DNA from: Hemiscyllium ocellatum
Lineage: Eukaryota
Assembly (NCBI RefSeq): GCF_020745735.1
Contig: NC_083413.1
Location: 98,180,409-98,244,408 of the forward strand
Direction of reading: 5' to 3'
Length of the DNA stretch: 64,000 bases
Part shown: piece after piece, positions 37,483 to 49,329 of the stretch
How positions within the stretch are numbered: position 1 is the stretch's first letter
Layout of the letters: each line of letters starts with the position of its first letter
Program-made: the position numbers and the translations under genes
Notes under the pieces: model-generated
Told to the model about the DNA's origin: nothing
The model's database searches: none
What the model saw: the letters and a program-made list of their open reading frames with translations, nothing else

Positions 37483-37523
37483 AACCACCTGATGAAGGAG
37501 CAGTGTTCGGAAAGCTAGTGGTT
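37483..37523 (+). ncRNA. Type I minimal hammerhead ribozyme motif (second Penelope-type family)
   Basis: AACCAC-CTGATGA-A-GGAGC-AGT-GTTCG-GAA-AGCT-A-GTGGTT: perfect 6-bp helix I (AACCAC/GTGGTT), intact core, palindromic AGCT helix III, CUA site. The closing pair of helix II is mismatched (G-G). Confidence 0.65.
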
Positions 37524-39361
37524 CCAAATAAACCCCTGTTGGATTATAACCTGGTGTTGGGTGATTTTTAATTTGAACTGGAAGGGATTAGAGGGCCAAG
37601 TGCTGGTAAATGGGACGAGGTTAATTTTGGATATCTGGTTGGCATGGACGAGTTGGGCTGAAGGATCTGTTTCTGTGTTGTACATCTGTTTGACTCAAGA
37701 GATCCCTGAGATGTACAAAATAATGAGAGGTGTTGATTGGGTAGACAGTAAGGAAATATTCCCCTTGATGGAGGAACCAATTCAGACAAATGTTGTAAAG
37801 ACTGGAAGGCAGTGCAGATATTTAAGGTAAGGGGCAGGAGACTTAAGGGGAATGTCAGTGATAAAGTCATACAGCATGGAAACAGACCTTTTGGTTCCCC
37901 CCAAAGTCCATGCTACCCATAATCCCAAACAAAACTAGTCCCACCACCTGCTCCTGGCCCATATCCCTTCAATACTTTCCTGTTTGTCCAAATACCTTTT
38001 AAACATTGGAACTGTACCCACATCCATTAATTCCTCATGAACCACTCTCTGTGTAGAAAAAGTTGACCCTCATTTCCCTTTTAAATCTTTCTCCTCTCAC
38101 TTTAAAAGTATGTCCCCTAGTGCTGAAGTCTAGGGGGGAATAAGCTCCCTAGTCCAAGGGGAAAATTTCCTCACTATCTGCCTTATGAACACCCCTCATT
38201 ATTTTATACATCTCAAGCATGTCATTGAGTAATAGAGACATACAGCACAGAAACAGATCCTTCGGCCCAACTTATCCATGCTGACCAGATATCCTAAATT
38301 ACCCTAGTCCCATTTACCTGTACTTGTTCCATATCTCTCTAATCACTTCCTCTTCATATACAAACCCTGAATTCTATCACCCGAGGGAAAAGACATCTGA
38401 CATTCACCTTATATATGCTCCTTATTATATTATAAACCTCTGTAAGGTCACCCCTCAACCTTCAAGCTCCTTTCCATCGAACTCAAACCATCCAGTCCTG
38501 GTAACATCCTTGTAAATAATTTCTGAACAGTTTAACAATACCCCTCCTATAACAGGGAGACCAGAATAGGACACAGTATTCTAGAAGAGGCCTGTACAAC
38601 CTCAACATGATGTCCTAACTCCTATACTCATGGTCTGTGTAATGAAGGAAAAAGGCTTTCACCCAGAGGGTGGTGAGAAATTGAATTCACTGCCGGAAGG
38701 GCATTACAGACAGAAGCTCATCAAATCATTGAAGAAGTATTCAGATGTGCACTTGCAATGCCAAGACATACAAGGTGATGGGTCTTGAAGGAGAACCGTT
38801 GCTGGTGTTTTTGAAGCTGTAGTCTGTACTGTTTGCCCGAAACGTCAATTTTCCTGCTCCTTGGATGCTGCCTGACTTGCTGGGTTGTTCCAGCACCACT
38901 CTAATCTAGACTCTGGTTTCCAGCATCTGCAGTCCTTGTTTTTACCTGATACAAGGTGATGGGCCGAGGGCTGAGAAATGAGGTTGCCATAGTTTGATGG
39001 TTGTTTATGACTGGCACAGAATCAATGGGCTGAAGGGACTTGTTCTGCAATGTCGACCACTGCCATTCGATAAACAACAGGACAATGAAGAGACTTTGAT
39101 TGAGGTGTTGGCACTAACAATTGTCAGTGTGGCAGTGCCACAAGATTGAGCTTTATTCTGACACACTGTCAGACCTGGGTTTGAACTCTGTTCTCGCTCT
39201 CTGCAGATGCTTCTGCACCTGCTAAATCTCTTCATCACTCAGTGTTTATTTGTGGTGACAGAGAGGAGCTGAGGCTGCAGAGATGAAATCTGATGGTTTG
39301 TTAGATATGGGAAGGCGAAGCAGATACTTCCTGATTGAAAATGAAAAATCAAACATAGAAT

Positions 39362-40002
39362 TGTGAGGCTGGTAATCTATATTTTGTTCCACAAATCCAG
39401 ACGACACAAGTTTCAGTACAACAGCAGATGCTTTATTATCGGAGTGCAGCGCGAGATTCTCCATGTCCCTGAAAGTAGTTGTGCGTCTACTTGTGGTGAT
39501 ACAAAAGGTCTATAATCCACATGGTTGACTGTCGTTACATTGTTTAAGATGGGCAATTATAATTTTACAAGGTCCGGTGAATGTTGATGTCCTGCGATAA
39601 CAACTGATTATCGTGTTCTTCATGATCATGTGTCAATGGGAAGAGATTAAAACTGAAGGGTTTGGCCTGTTTTCACCGGGGAATTCACATCCCTATGCTA
39701 ATATGGAGAGAAGCAAGATAATGGGAGCAGGAGGCAGTTGAACAGGGTTGTGGCCAAGGCTATCAGTCTTGGCTGGGGAGGACAAATACCGTTGCTTGAG
39801 GCTGCAGAGGAATCCACATGTGTGGCTGCAATGGATTCCTTCTCGAAGATTCAGTTATCCTGCTGAGATGTTCCGTCTATTCTGTAATTGATACTGTAAT
39901 GAGTCTGTTTCACAGTGGAATGTTTAACCCTTGAGTGCCCAGTATGCCTTGAAAGAGAATTAAAACATGAAGTGATCCTTTTCTGGCTTTATAACATCCT
40001 CA
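39362..40002 (-). mobile_element. Solo LTR-like element, second copy
   Basis: Co-linear with 8822-9549 ('tccacaaatccagacga', 'aatgggaagagattaa', 'cctatgctaatatggag', 'ggaatgtttaacccttgagt'); minus-strand ends TG...CA; AATAAA present. No clear TSD. Confidence 0.7.
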
Positions 40003-40009
40003 CCAAACT

Positions 40010-41035
40010 CCTCCTGTCAGATATAAACCAGCCCCTCGCTCACTGACACCAATCACCCCCTGTCGAATATAAACCACCCCACAGACACAAGTCTCCCCAT
40101 GTCTGATTTCACCCTGTCCCACAGACAGTGACAACAGTTTCCTCCAGTCTGATATAAACCAGCCTCACAGTCACTAATACCAATCTCCCCCAGTCTGATA
40201 TAAACCAGCCTCACAGACACTGACACCAATCTCCCCCTGTCTGATATAAACCAGCCTCACAGTCACTAACACCAATCTCCCCCAGTCTGATATAAACCAG
40301 CCCCACAGACACTGACACCAATCTCCCCCAGTCTGATATAAACCAGCCCCACAGACACTGACACCAATCTCCCCCAGTCTGATATAAACAAGCCTCACAG
40401 ACACTAACACCAATCTCCCCCTGTCTGATATAAACCAGCCCCACAGTCACTAACACCAATCTCCCCCAGTCTGATATAAACCAGCCCCACAGTCACTAAC
40501 ACCAATCTCCCCCAGTCTGATATAAACCAGCCCCACAGACACTGACACCAATCTCCCCCAGTCTGATAGAAACCAGCCTCACAGTCACTGACACCAATCT
40601 CCCCCTGTCTGATATAAACCAGCCCCACAGTCACTGACACCAATCTCTGCCTGTCTGATATAAACCAGCCCCACAGTCACTGACACCAATCTCCCCCAGT
40701 CTGATATAAACCAGCCCCACAGACACTGACACCAATCTCCCCCTGTCTGATATAAACCAGCCCCACAGTCACTGACACCAATCCCCCCCTGTCTGATATA
40801 AACCAGCCTCACAGACACTAACACCAATCTCCCCCTGTCTGATATAAACCAGCCCCACAGTCACTGACACCAATCTCCCCCTGTCTGATATAAACCAGCC
40901 CCACAGTCACTGACACCAATCTCCCCCTGTCTGATATAAACCAGCCTCACAGACACTGACACCAATCTCCCCCTGTCTGATATAAACCAGCCCCACAGTC
41001 ACTGACACTAATCTCCCCCTGTCTGATATAAACCA
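40010..41035 (+). repeat. 46-bp minisatellite (consensus CCAATCTCCCCCTGTCTGATATAAACCAGCCCCACAGTCACTGACA), ~20 copies
   Basis: Direct periodicity (e.g. CACAGTC at 40626 and 40672); degenerate units from 40010, well-conserved from ~40135. Confidence 0.95.
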
Positions 41036-41269
41036 ACTAGTTAAAAGAACTGCAGATGCTGGAAACCAGAGTCTAGATGAGAGTGGTGCTGGAAAAGCAC
41101 AGCAGGTCAGGCAGCATCCGAGGAGCAGGAAAATCGACGTGTCGGGCAAAAACCCTTCATCAGGAATAGAGGCAGGGAGCCTGCAGATTGGAAAGACAGA
41201 GGAGGATATCTTCTTCAAGACAAAAAAGACTGAGTGTCTGCCTCTCATAATTTTGTACAGTTCTATAAG

Positions 41270-44200
41270 ATCCCCTCTCAGTCTCCTAGACTGCCAAGAA
41301 AAGAAAAAGCTTGTTCAGCCTCTCCTTATAACACTGAGTGCGAGCAACATCCTTATAAATTTCTTCTGCACTCTTTCCAGTTTAATAACATCCTTCCCCG
41401 AGTAAGGTGACCAAAACAGAACACATGCTCCAACTGCAGCCTCACCCACCTCCTGTATAACTGTCGGTTTTTGTGAAGACAGAACTAAAGGATGTATACA
41501 ATTGCTCAGCTGTTCGTTGTCCTTTGTTATACATTTCCCCAATTTCCATCTGTAGGGACCTAACATTTGTCTTCATCAATCTCTTTCTCTTCATGTACTG
41601 TAGAACCTTGTAGCATCAGTCTTCATGCTCCCTGCAAGCTTACTTTCTTTTGTACTGTGTTTTCCCCATCTTAATCAATCCCTTGGTCCTTCTTTGCTGA
41701 ATTCGAAACTGCTCTCAAATATCAGACCTGTTATTTTTCTTGGCCCATTTCTATGCTATTTCCTTCAATTGGATGCTATCTAATTTCCTTTATAAGCCAT
41801 GGATTGGCCCTGTTACCCATTTTGATTTTGTACCAGACAGGAATAAATAGCTTTTTTTTTAGATTAGATTACTTAGATTACTTACAGTGTGGAAACAGGC
41901 CCTTCAGCCCAACAAGTCCACACCGACTCGCCGAAGCGCAACCCACCCATACCCCTACATATACCCCTTACCTAACACTATGGGCAATTTAGCATGGTCT
42001 ATTCACCTGACCCGTACATCTTTGGACTGTGGGAGGAAACCGGAGCACCCGGAGGAAACCCACGCAGACACGGGGAGAACATGCAAACTCCACACAGTCA
42101 GTCGCCTGAGGCGGGAATTGAACCCAGGTCCCTGGCGCTGTGAGGCAGCAGTGCTAACCACTGTGCCACCGTGCCGCCCTGTTGCAGTTCCCCCATGATT
42201 TCCTTGAATATTTACCAATGCCTATCTACTGGCACACTTTTAAGCAACTTTCACTGATCTATCAACACCAACTCATGCCTTATATATCTTCACAGTTTCC
42301 TTTATTAAAATTCAGCACCCTAGTCTCCAAATCGGCTGGCTCACTCTCCATCTTGATAAAAAAGTTGTATCATGTCATGGTCACTCATCCCCAAGGAGTC
42401 TCACGCAGCTAGATTGGCAATGATTCCCTTCTCATTACACAGTACCCAGTCTAAGATGGCCTGCTCTCTAGTTGGTTCATCCACATATTGGTTAAGAAAA
42501 CCATCCTGTATGTACTCCAGGAATTTTTCCTCTAAGACATTGTGGCTAATTTGATTTGTCCAATCTAGATGCAGATTAAAATCACCCATGATCACAGATG
42601 TCTCCATATCACATGCTTGGCTAATTTCCTGTTTAATACTATTCCGATACGACCACTGCAGTCTGGGGGTCTGTCTATGACACCCACTAATGTTTTTTGT
42701 CCCTTGGTATTTCACAGCTCCTCCCATACAGTCTCCACATTGTCAAAGCTAATGTCCTAAAAAGAGATGAACAAAAATACGTGACCAGGAATTGAGATAT
42801 TTCTGCTCAATTATTGATCTTGATTTGATGTTAATTAGCCTTGTCGACTTTCAATGAATAGCTTCGTAAAATCTGGGACCGCCAGCAGAAGGTGATGAGC
42901 TAGAACATTTGTGGAATTGCTTTCTCAGTAAATGAACATAGATACAACTTGTTGAGTTTTTCACAGTAGATGACAGTGCTTCTCCAGCAGGTGGAAGTGA
43001 CGGCTGATAGTAGATCCTTCAACCAACACCTTCACTCATAAAAAGTTAAGGCACACAAAAGATTGACTGAGGCTACTTAGTTTAACATCATTTATTGAAA
43101 AAAATGGTGGAGTCTTTAAAAAAGGATGTTCCAGCAGAAAACTGGGAATGGCTTTAAAAAATGGAAATCTTGCCTGATAAATGTATTGGAATTCTTGGAG
43201 AAAATGGAGGAAACGGTGATTGTAATATGTTTTGATTTTCTGAAGGTGTTTGATAGCACCCATGCATAAGATTACTGAATAAGAAAGGAGCCTTGGCTTT
43301 GGAGGTACTGTATTAACGTGGAGAGAGGATTTTTGAAATCCCAATCCGAAAAGTTTGATGAAGTGTTTTATTTTACAGGATGTCAAAGTGTGGAGGACCA
43401 CATAAATCTGTTCTGGGGGACAAAAAAAATTTACAAAGTATTTTGATGACTTAGATGAGGAAAGTGAGTATATTGTAGGCAAGTTTGCGAAAGACACAAA
43501 AATTAGAGCGGAGACAAGTGGTGAGTATGACACAAAAAGAAGTTTGTGGAGCGATACAGATAGGACGAGAGTGAACAAGGAGTTTTGCACATTAATGTAA
43601 TGTGGATTAAATAAATGAGAACAGACATAAACCGTGAACTTGTGCATTTTAACAGGCAAGATAGAGATTGAATTCAGAAATCTACAGAAAGTCTGCATCT
43701 CCGAACCACAAAAAGTTAGCTTCTAATTTCAACTGTCAATAAAGATGGCAAATGTCATGTTGGGGTTTGTTTAAAAACTAATGGAATATTGAGATTAGGA
43801 ACAGTCAGATAGAGCAGCGAATGTGTAGCTGAGGAACTGCTGCAGGGGTTAGGATTCCCATTTTTCAATCATTGGGATCTCTTCAGGGATAGAAATGACC
43901 TATATAAAAGGGACCTGACTTGGAAGGGGATCGATATTCTTGTGGGGAAATTTGCTAGCAGTATGCTGAAGGTTTTAAATTAGTAAGGGGGATGGTGGGA
44001 ACTAACAAGATAGTGAGAAAAGAGAAATGTTTGAGGTGAGATGCAGTGAGCAATTCTCGGGGTCAAGGCAGACGACAGTTTGGCAAGAGCAAGGTAAGAC
44101 TGCTAAACTGCATTTACTTCGATGGAAGAGGCCTGACATGTGAGACAGATGAACATAGAGCATAGATGGGAATGTGGGACAAGGATATCATTACCATTAC

Positions 44201-46490
44201 AGAAATGTGGCTCAGGGATGAACAGGACTGGCAACTTAATGTTCCAGGATACAGATGTTATAGAATGGATAGACAGAGGAGCAAGAGAGGAGATGGAGTA
44301 GTGTTTTTGGTTAGAAAGAACATTACAGCTGGATGTAGAGAGGATATTTCTTGGAGACTGCCCAGTGAAGTTATATGGATGAAACTTAAAAATAAGGAAG
44401 AGGTGATGACCTTGCTGGGATTGTAAAATGGGCCTCCTAATAGTCAGTGGGAAATTTACAAGCGATTATGCTTTCTGTAAGGAAAGAGGGTAAAGTCCTA
44501 ATTTTAAACTCTATCCACTGCCAATGAAGAACACTATTCCATTTGTCTTCCTAATTAGCTACTGTACTTGCAAATCATACTTTTGTGTTTTATGCACAAG
44601 AACAGCCAAGTCCCCCTGCACAGCAGCATTCTGTTTGTTATGATTCCTACCAAAATGGATGACCTCACGTTTACTAACATTGTACTCCATCTGCCAGACT
44701 CTTGCCCACTCACTTAACCTGTCTATATCCTCCTGCACACTTTGCTCTATCACTCATTTAAGTGCCTTCTGCGAACTACAACACACTACACTTGGATCTC
44801 TAACTCGAAGCAATCGACCTGAATTGTAAACAATTGCAGTCCCAACACTCATCCCTGAGACACACCACTCGCCACTGATTGCCAACCAGAAAAACACCCA
44901 TTTATCCCCACGTTTTGCATTCTGTTAGTTAACCAGTTTTCTGTCCATGCTAATGCATTGCCTGTAACACTGTGCATCTTTACCTTATGCAGCAGCCTTT
45001 TGTGCAGCATCTTGCTGAATGCCTTTTGGAAATCCAGATACACCACGTTCACCAGTTCCCCATTGTCTACCACGCTCATTATGACCTCAAAGAATTCCAA
45101 TTAATCAGTTAAACATGACCTGCCTTTCATGAACCCAAACTTTATTAAATAAATGTGAGGTGCTGCATTTTTGTAAGGCAAACCAGGGCAAGACTTATAC
45201 AATTAATGGCTGGGCCTTGGGGATTGTTGCTGAGCAAAGAAACCAAAGGGAGCAGATGCATCATTCCTTGAAAGTGGAGTTGCAGGTAGACAGGGTGGGG
45301 AAGAAGGTGTTTGGCAGGCTTTCCTTCATTGGTCATAACATTAAGTGTAGGAGTCGAGATGTCATCTCTCAGCTGTACAGAACATTTGTGAGGCCATGTT
45401 TAGAATTATTACAGACAAATCTGGCTGACCATTTCTATGAAGGATTTTGTGAAACTTGAGGGGATGTAGAAAAGATTTCCAAGAATGATGCTGGAACTGG
45501 AGTGTTTAAGGTATAAGGTGAAGCTGAATAGACTGGGGCTTTTCTTTTCCCTACAGTGAGAGGAAAGGAGGCTGAGGAGTGGCCTGAACAAGACCCTATA
45601 AAATCATGCAGGGCATTGATATGGTGAATAGCCAAGGCCTTTTTCCTCGAGTGGGAGAGTCCAAAACTAGAGGACAGCAGATTAAGGTGAGAGGAGAAAC
45701 GTTTGAAATGAACCTGAGGGGTAACCTTTTCACGTGTATGTATGGAAACAGCTGCCAGTGGTCGTGGTGGAGGTGGGTTCAATTACTGCATTTAAAAGGC
45801 ACCTGGATGGGTGTATGAACAGGGAACATTTAGAGAAAGATAGGCCAAATGTCTGGCAAATGGTACTCAGTCAGGTTGGGATATCTGGGCAGTGCAGTTG
45901 GACCGAAGGGTCTGTTTCTGTGCCTGATATCTGTATGACTATAATGTTTGTTAAAACTGAAAAGAAGCTCTATTTTTACCACAGCTGGAAGACTGTGGAC
46001 TGTTCTTGGGACTCATCTCACAAAGAAAAGGTACACTGGACTGTGAGACAATCCACACGAGGTTTAGCCGACTGATCCTGGGGATGGAGGGACTGTCTTG
46101 AGAGTAGAGACTGAGTCGTTTGGGCCTATACTCATTAGAACATAGAAGATTCAGTGGTGACATTCTGAAACATCTATTATTTTCAGGAAACTTGATGGTG
46201 TAAATGCAGAAATGTAGTTTCCCCTTGTGGGAGAGGTTCCGGCCAGTGAGTAAAATCTCTGAATTAGAGGTCACAAATGTCAGGCAGAACAGAATTTTGT
46301 CTCCCAGAATGTAGTGAATCTGTGGAATTTGTTTCCATAGAACACTGAAGGCTGAAATGGGCAGGTTTTGATTTGGGAATTGAATCAATGCTTACAGTTA
46401 AACGCTGTAAAAATGGAGGTGAGGATTATCAGCTCAGCTATGATGTCATTGTTTGGAAGCCCAAACCCCATTGGCTGAACAGACCGCTTC
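41270..46490. mobile_element. Nest of decayed CR1 LINE fragments in both orientations
   Basis: Minus: VIMGDFNLH...REQAILDWVLCN (42401-42727) and VYLDFQKAF...SGWQSVASGVSQG (44849-45100). Plus: DIITITEMWL...QLNVPGYRCYRMDR (44166-44426) and CR1 3' ends at ~45600-45950 and ~46000-46490. Confidence 0.85.
41859..42179 (-). mobile_element. HE1 SINE (V-SINE), young copy
   Basis: Near-identical to 27382-27698 and 34251-34560; inserted into a CR1 fragment. Confidence 0.95.
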
Positions 46491-48814
46491 TGGTTCCCTC
46501 TCATTGACTTTTGCTCTAAGTTAGTCTTTTCAGAATTATATAGGTCTCATCTAAATTAACCTCCATGTTTGAAGCCCAGCTGCTTCAATCCCCCCTCATC
46601 ATGAAAAAAGACAGGGATCATCTTTCTCACTGTTTGGTGGCATTGCATTCTGCCTCTAATGCAGTGACTACATTTATAGTCCTTCAGTTCTGTTAAATAT
46701 TTGTCAAACACAACCACGGCTGTCACAGAAAAGGTAAAAGACAGATCAAAACTACATTTAAACTACCATATCAAGCACACTGTCGGCATGTGTTGCATGG
46801 AATACACACACGTTGCATATTAAAGCTCTCTCAGTACTCATCCATTAAACACTGCAAGGGTTGTTCAGAGATGATTTGCTTATGTGTGTGTGTATGTCTG
46901 TGCCTGTAAATGATAGTCTACTTGTATAACAAAGTTTCGATGCATAGTGTTGTTCCCTTTTTATTCTGGTGTCAAGCATTTCAAAATCAGAAAGACAGTG
47001 GGTAGGAGTTCAAATCCCTTCACACGGCTACATCAAATGTTTTCTGTGATTGTACAGCTCATGTAATGTGCTGGGTAAATCTCCCTCTATATTGTGTTGT
47101 CCAATGCAATCATGTCAAATATATTTTGGTTTAGACACAGAGTAGAGCTGCATCCAGGATTCCCTAAAAAACATCCTCCCAGAGTCTATACAGAATAAAT
47201 TGACCTCTATAATATTAAACCTTCCATGAGATGTGCAGCGTAAGGTTAATTGTAGACTAAATATGCATTACATTGAACCATTAAACATTCCTCAGACAAG
47301 AATAATAGTGCAGAGATACAATGAAAACACTAACACAGTAAAGTCTTGCAGCCTCATTCCTATCAAGCGTTTCCAGATCACTCAATGCTCAGACAGATTT
47401 TTGAGAAAATCTTGCTGTCCTGACTCAAATCTCTCGAAAGAAATGGATGAATTTGGCTGAGAGGCAATGTTGGTGAGGTGTTGGCTTCATGTTATTGGGG
47501 AAAACATTGTCCGATTGTGGAGAGGCAAAACAAGGCATCAGAGATAAAGAAAAAAGGGGGAAGGCATGAGGGGAAGAGAGAAAAAGAGACACAGAAATAT
47601 TAGCTGTGCCAATGTATCTCTTAATTATAGTTTTTTGACTAAACATGACAATTGATACCTCTGTCATTCAACAATCATACAACTTATGTATTAAAAAGTC
47701 CGAACATCAATTAGTATTGGAATCCATTGAGTTATTTGCATTTTTTCCACAATTCGTGTGCTGTGCTTGTAGGGAAATATAAATGAGGGTTTTGTGGTTC
47801 TGAGAATTCTATTTCTGTGTTTATTTACATAAATGCTTAATTGGCTTCAAGGAAGTGATGTTGGCAGCAAAGCCAGGTGAATGAAGTGATTTGTTGGTAA
47901 GTTTCAAATCGAAACAAGTTTATTTTAAGAATGTTGACCATTTGCAGAAGTGAATAAAAATTTATGAAGCCGAATTGCAACAGATTTTATTTATTTCTGA
48001 AAGATAAATAATTTAAAACTTTTATTTAGGTTAACAATTCAGTGCTGAAAATTCTGCAAATTTAGAATATTCACGTGAAATACAGGAACTGCCGCAACAA
48101 TTACATTTAATTGATATAGTTGTTACGAGGTTTCGTTACACGTATTACTTAATGGTAAGGGTCAGCAATGAGTCCCTATCCCCAACTGCCCATTGAATAG
48201 CTTGCTAAAGCCACTTCAGAACACAGTCAATTACTTCCCAGTGGGTCTGGAATCTCATGTCGGCCAGACCATGTAGATGTGACAGATGCCTTGTCACTCG
48301 TGAACCAGCTGTTTTTGTATTTTTCCATTGACTCGGGTTACATGGTCATCATTTGCCTTCCTTTCTGATTCCAGGATTTCTTTAAATTCAAATTTCACTC
48401 AAATGCAAAACGATGATATTCCAAACCCTGTCCATTCAACATCAAAGTGGAGTTCGAGAATACTGGTCCCATGATATCATCACTGTGATCTGAATGTTGG
48501 AAATGCACAGAAAGCACAGAAATGCAAGAAATCTGACACTTTACATCATGAACAAATATTGGAGTGGAATACTGGCAAGAACCCTCTTGCTGTTCACAGC
48601 AACATCACATTGCATCCAATCACCAATCTAAAATCTGTCTGAAGAGCCTGACTCACCGTCATTTGCATTTGTTGAATTCTTCACTGAATTATGAAAGCGT
48701 TAGTCACATATCCCAAGGTGGTCATCAGCTCCCTTTTTGAGGCCTGCCATCTTGTTCGGCTAATTATGGTTGATCTTTCTTAAGAAGCTTTATTACAACC
48801 AAATGGCTTCTCAG

Positions 48815-49029
48815 ATCGAGTGCTGGAAAAGTACAGCAGGTCAGGCAGCATCCGAGGAGCAGGAGAATCGACGTTTTGGGCATAAAGCCTTTATTAAGAT
48901 ACCTGATGTAGTTGTTATGCCTGGAACGTTGATTCTCCTGCTCCTTGGATGCTGCCTGACCTGCTGTGCTTTTCCAGCACTACATTCTCAACTCAGATCT
49001 CCAGCACCTGCTGTCCTCACTTTCTCCTG
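48815..49029. mobile_element. Penelope-derived inverted pLTR hairpin (opposite orientation to 50601)
   Basis: Arms 'gtgctggaaaagtacagcaggtcaggcagcatccgaggagcaggagaatcgacg' and their complement; ends 'tcctcactttctcct'. Confidence 0.8.
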
Positions 49030-49329
49030 ATGGGTTTCTTAGTCAGGTTCGGCACAGGAAAGGAACCATCGCCTTTTTGTTGAGCAGGTAGGGCAGGCCA
49101 GGTAGGAAGGTCACACATCCTCCTCTGAAGGACAATACTGAACCATGTAACATGCTTCAAAACTTTGGTAGGTCTGTGATTATCATTCGTTATTTCAGCA
49201 GTTTCATTTCATACTCTTTCATTAATTGAAGCTACTATGGTATAGTTTGATTCTGGAACTTTACTCCAAACCTTTCGGTTGCTTATTACATACTCATAAT
49301 GCCTCCTTAACCACTTTCTCAAACTGTCA

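Noticed and set aside
39420-39720. snRNA-like gene (octamer variant, PSE-like TCACCGGACCTTGTAAAA, U3-like TACTTTCAGGGA) on the minus strand
   Set aside because: The downstream sequence matches no snRNA/snoRNA I recognise. The AATAAA, TG..CA ends and insertion behaviour fit a solo LTR better.
40174-41248. Multiple minus-strand ORFs (GWFISDWGRLV...)
   Set aside because: Translations of the 46-bp minisatellite cycling through three frames.
43036-43698. 220-aa minus-strand ORF
   Set aside because: Antisense of a decayed plus-strand CR1 RT fragment with low-complexity composition.
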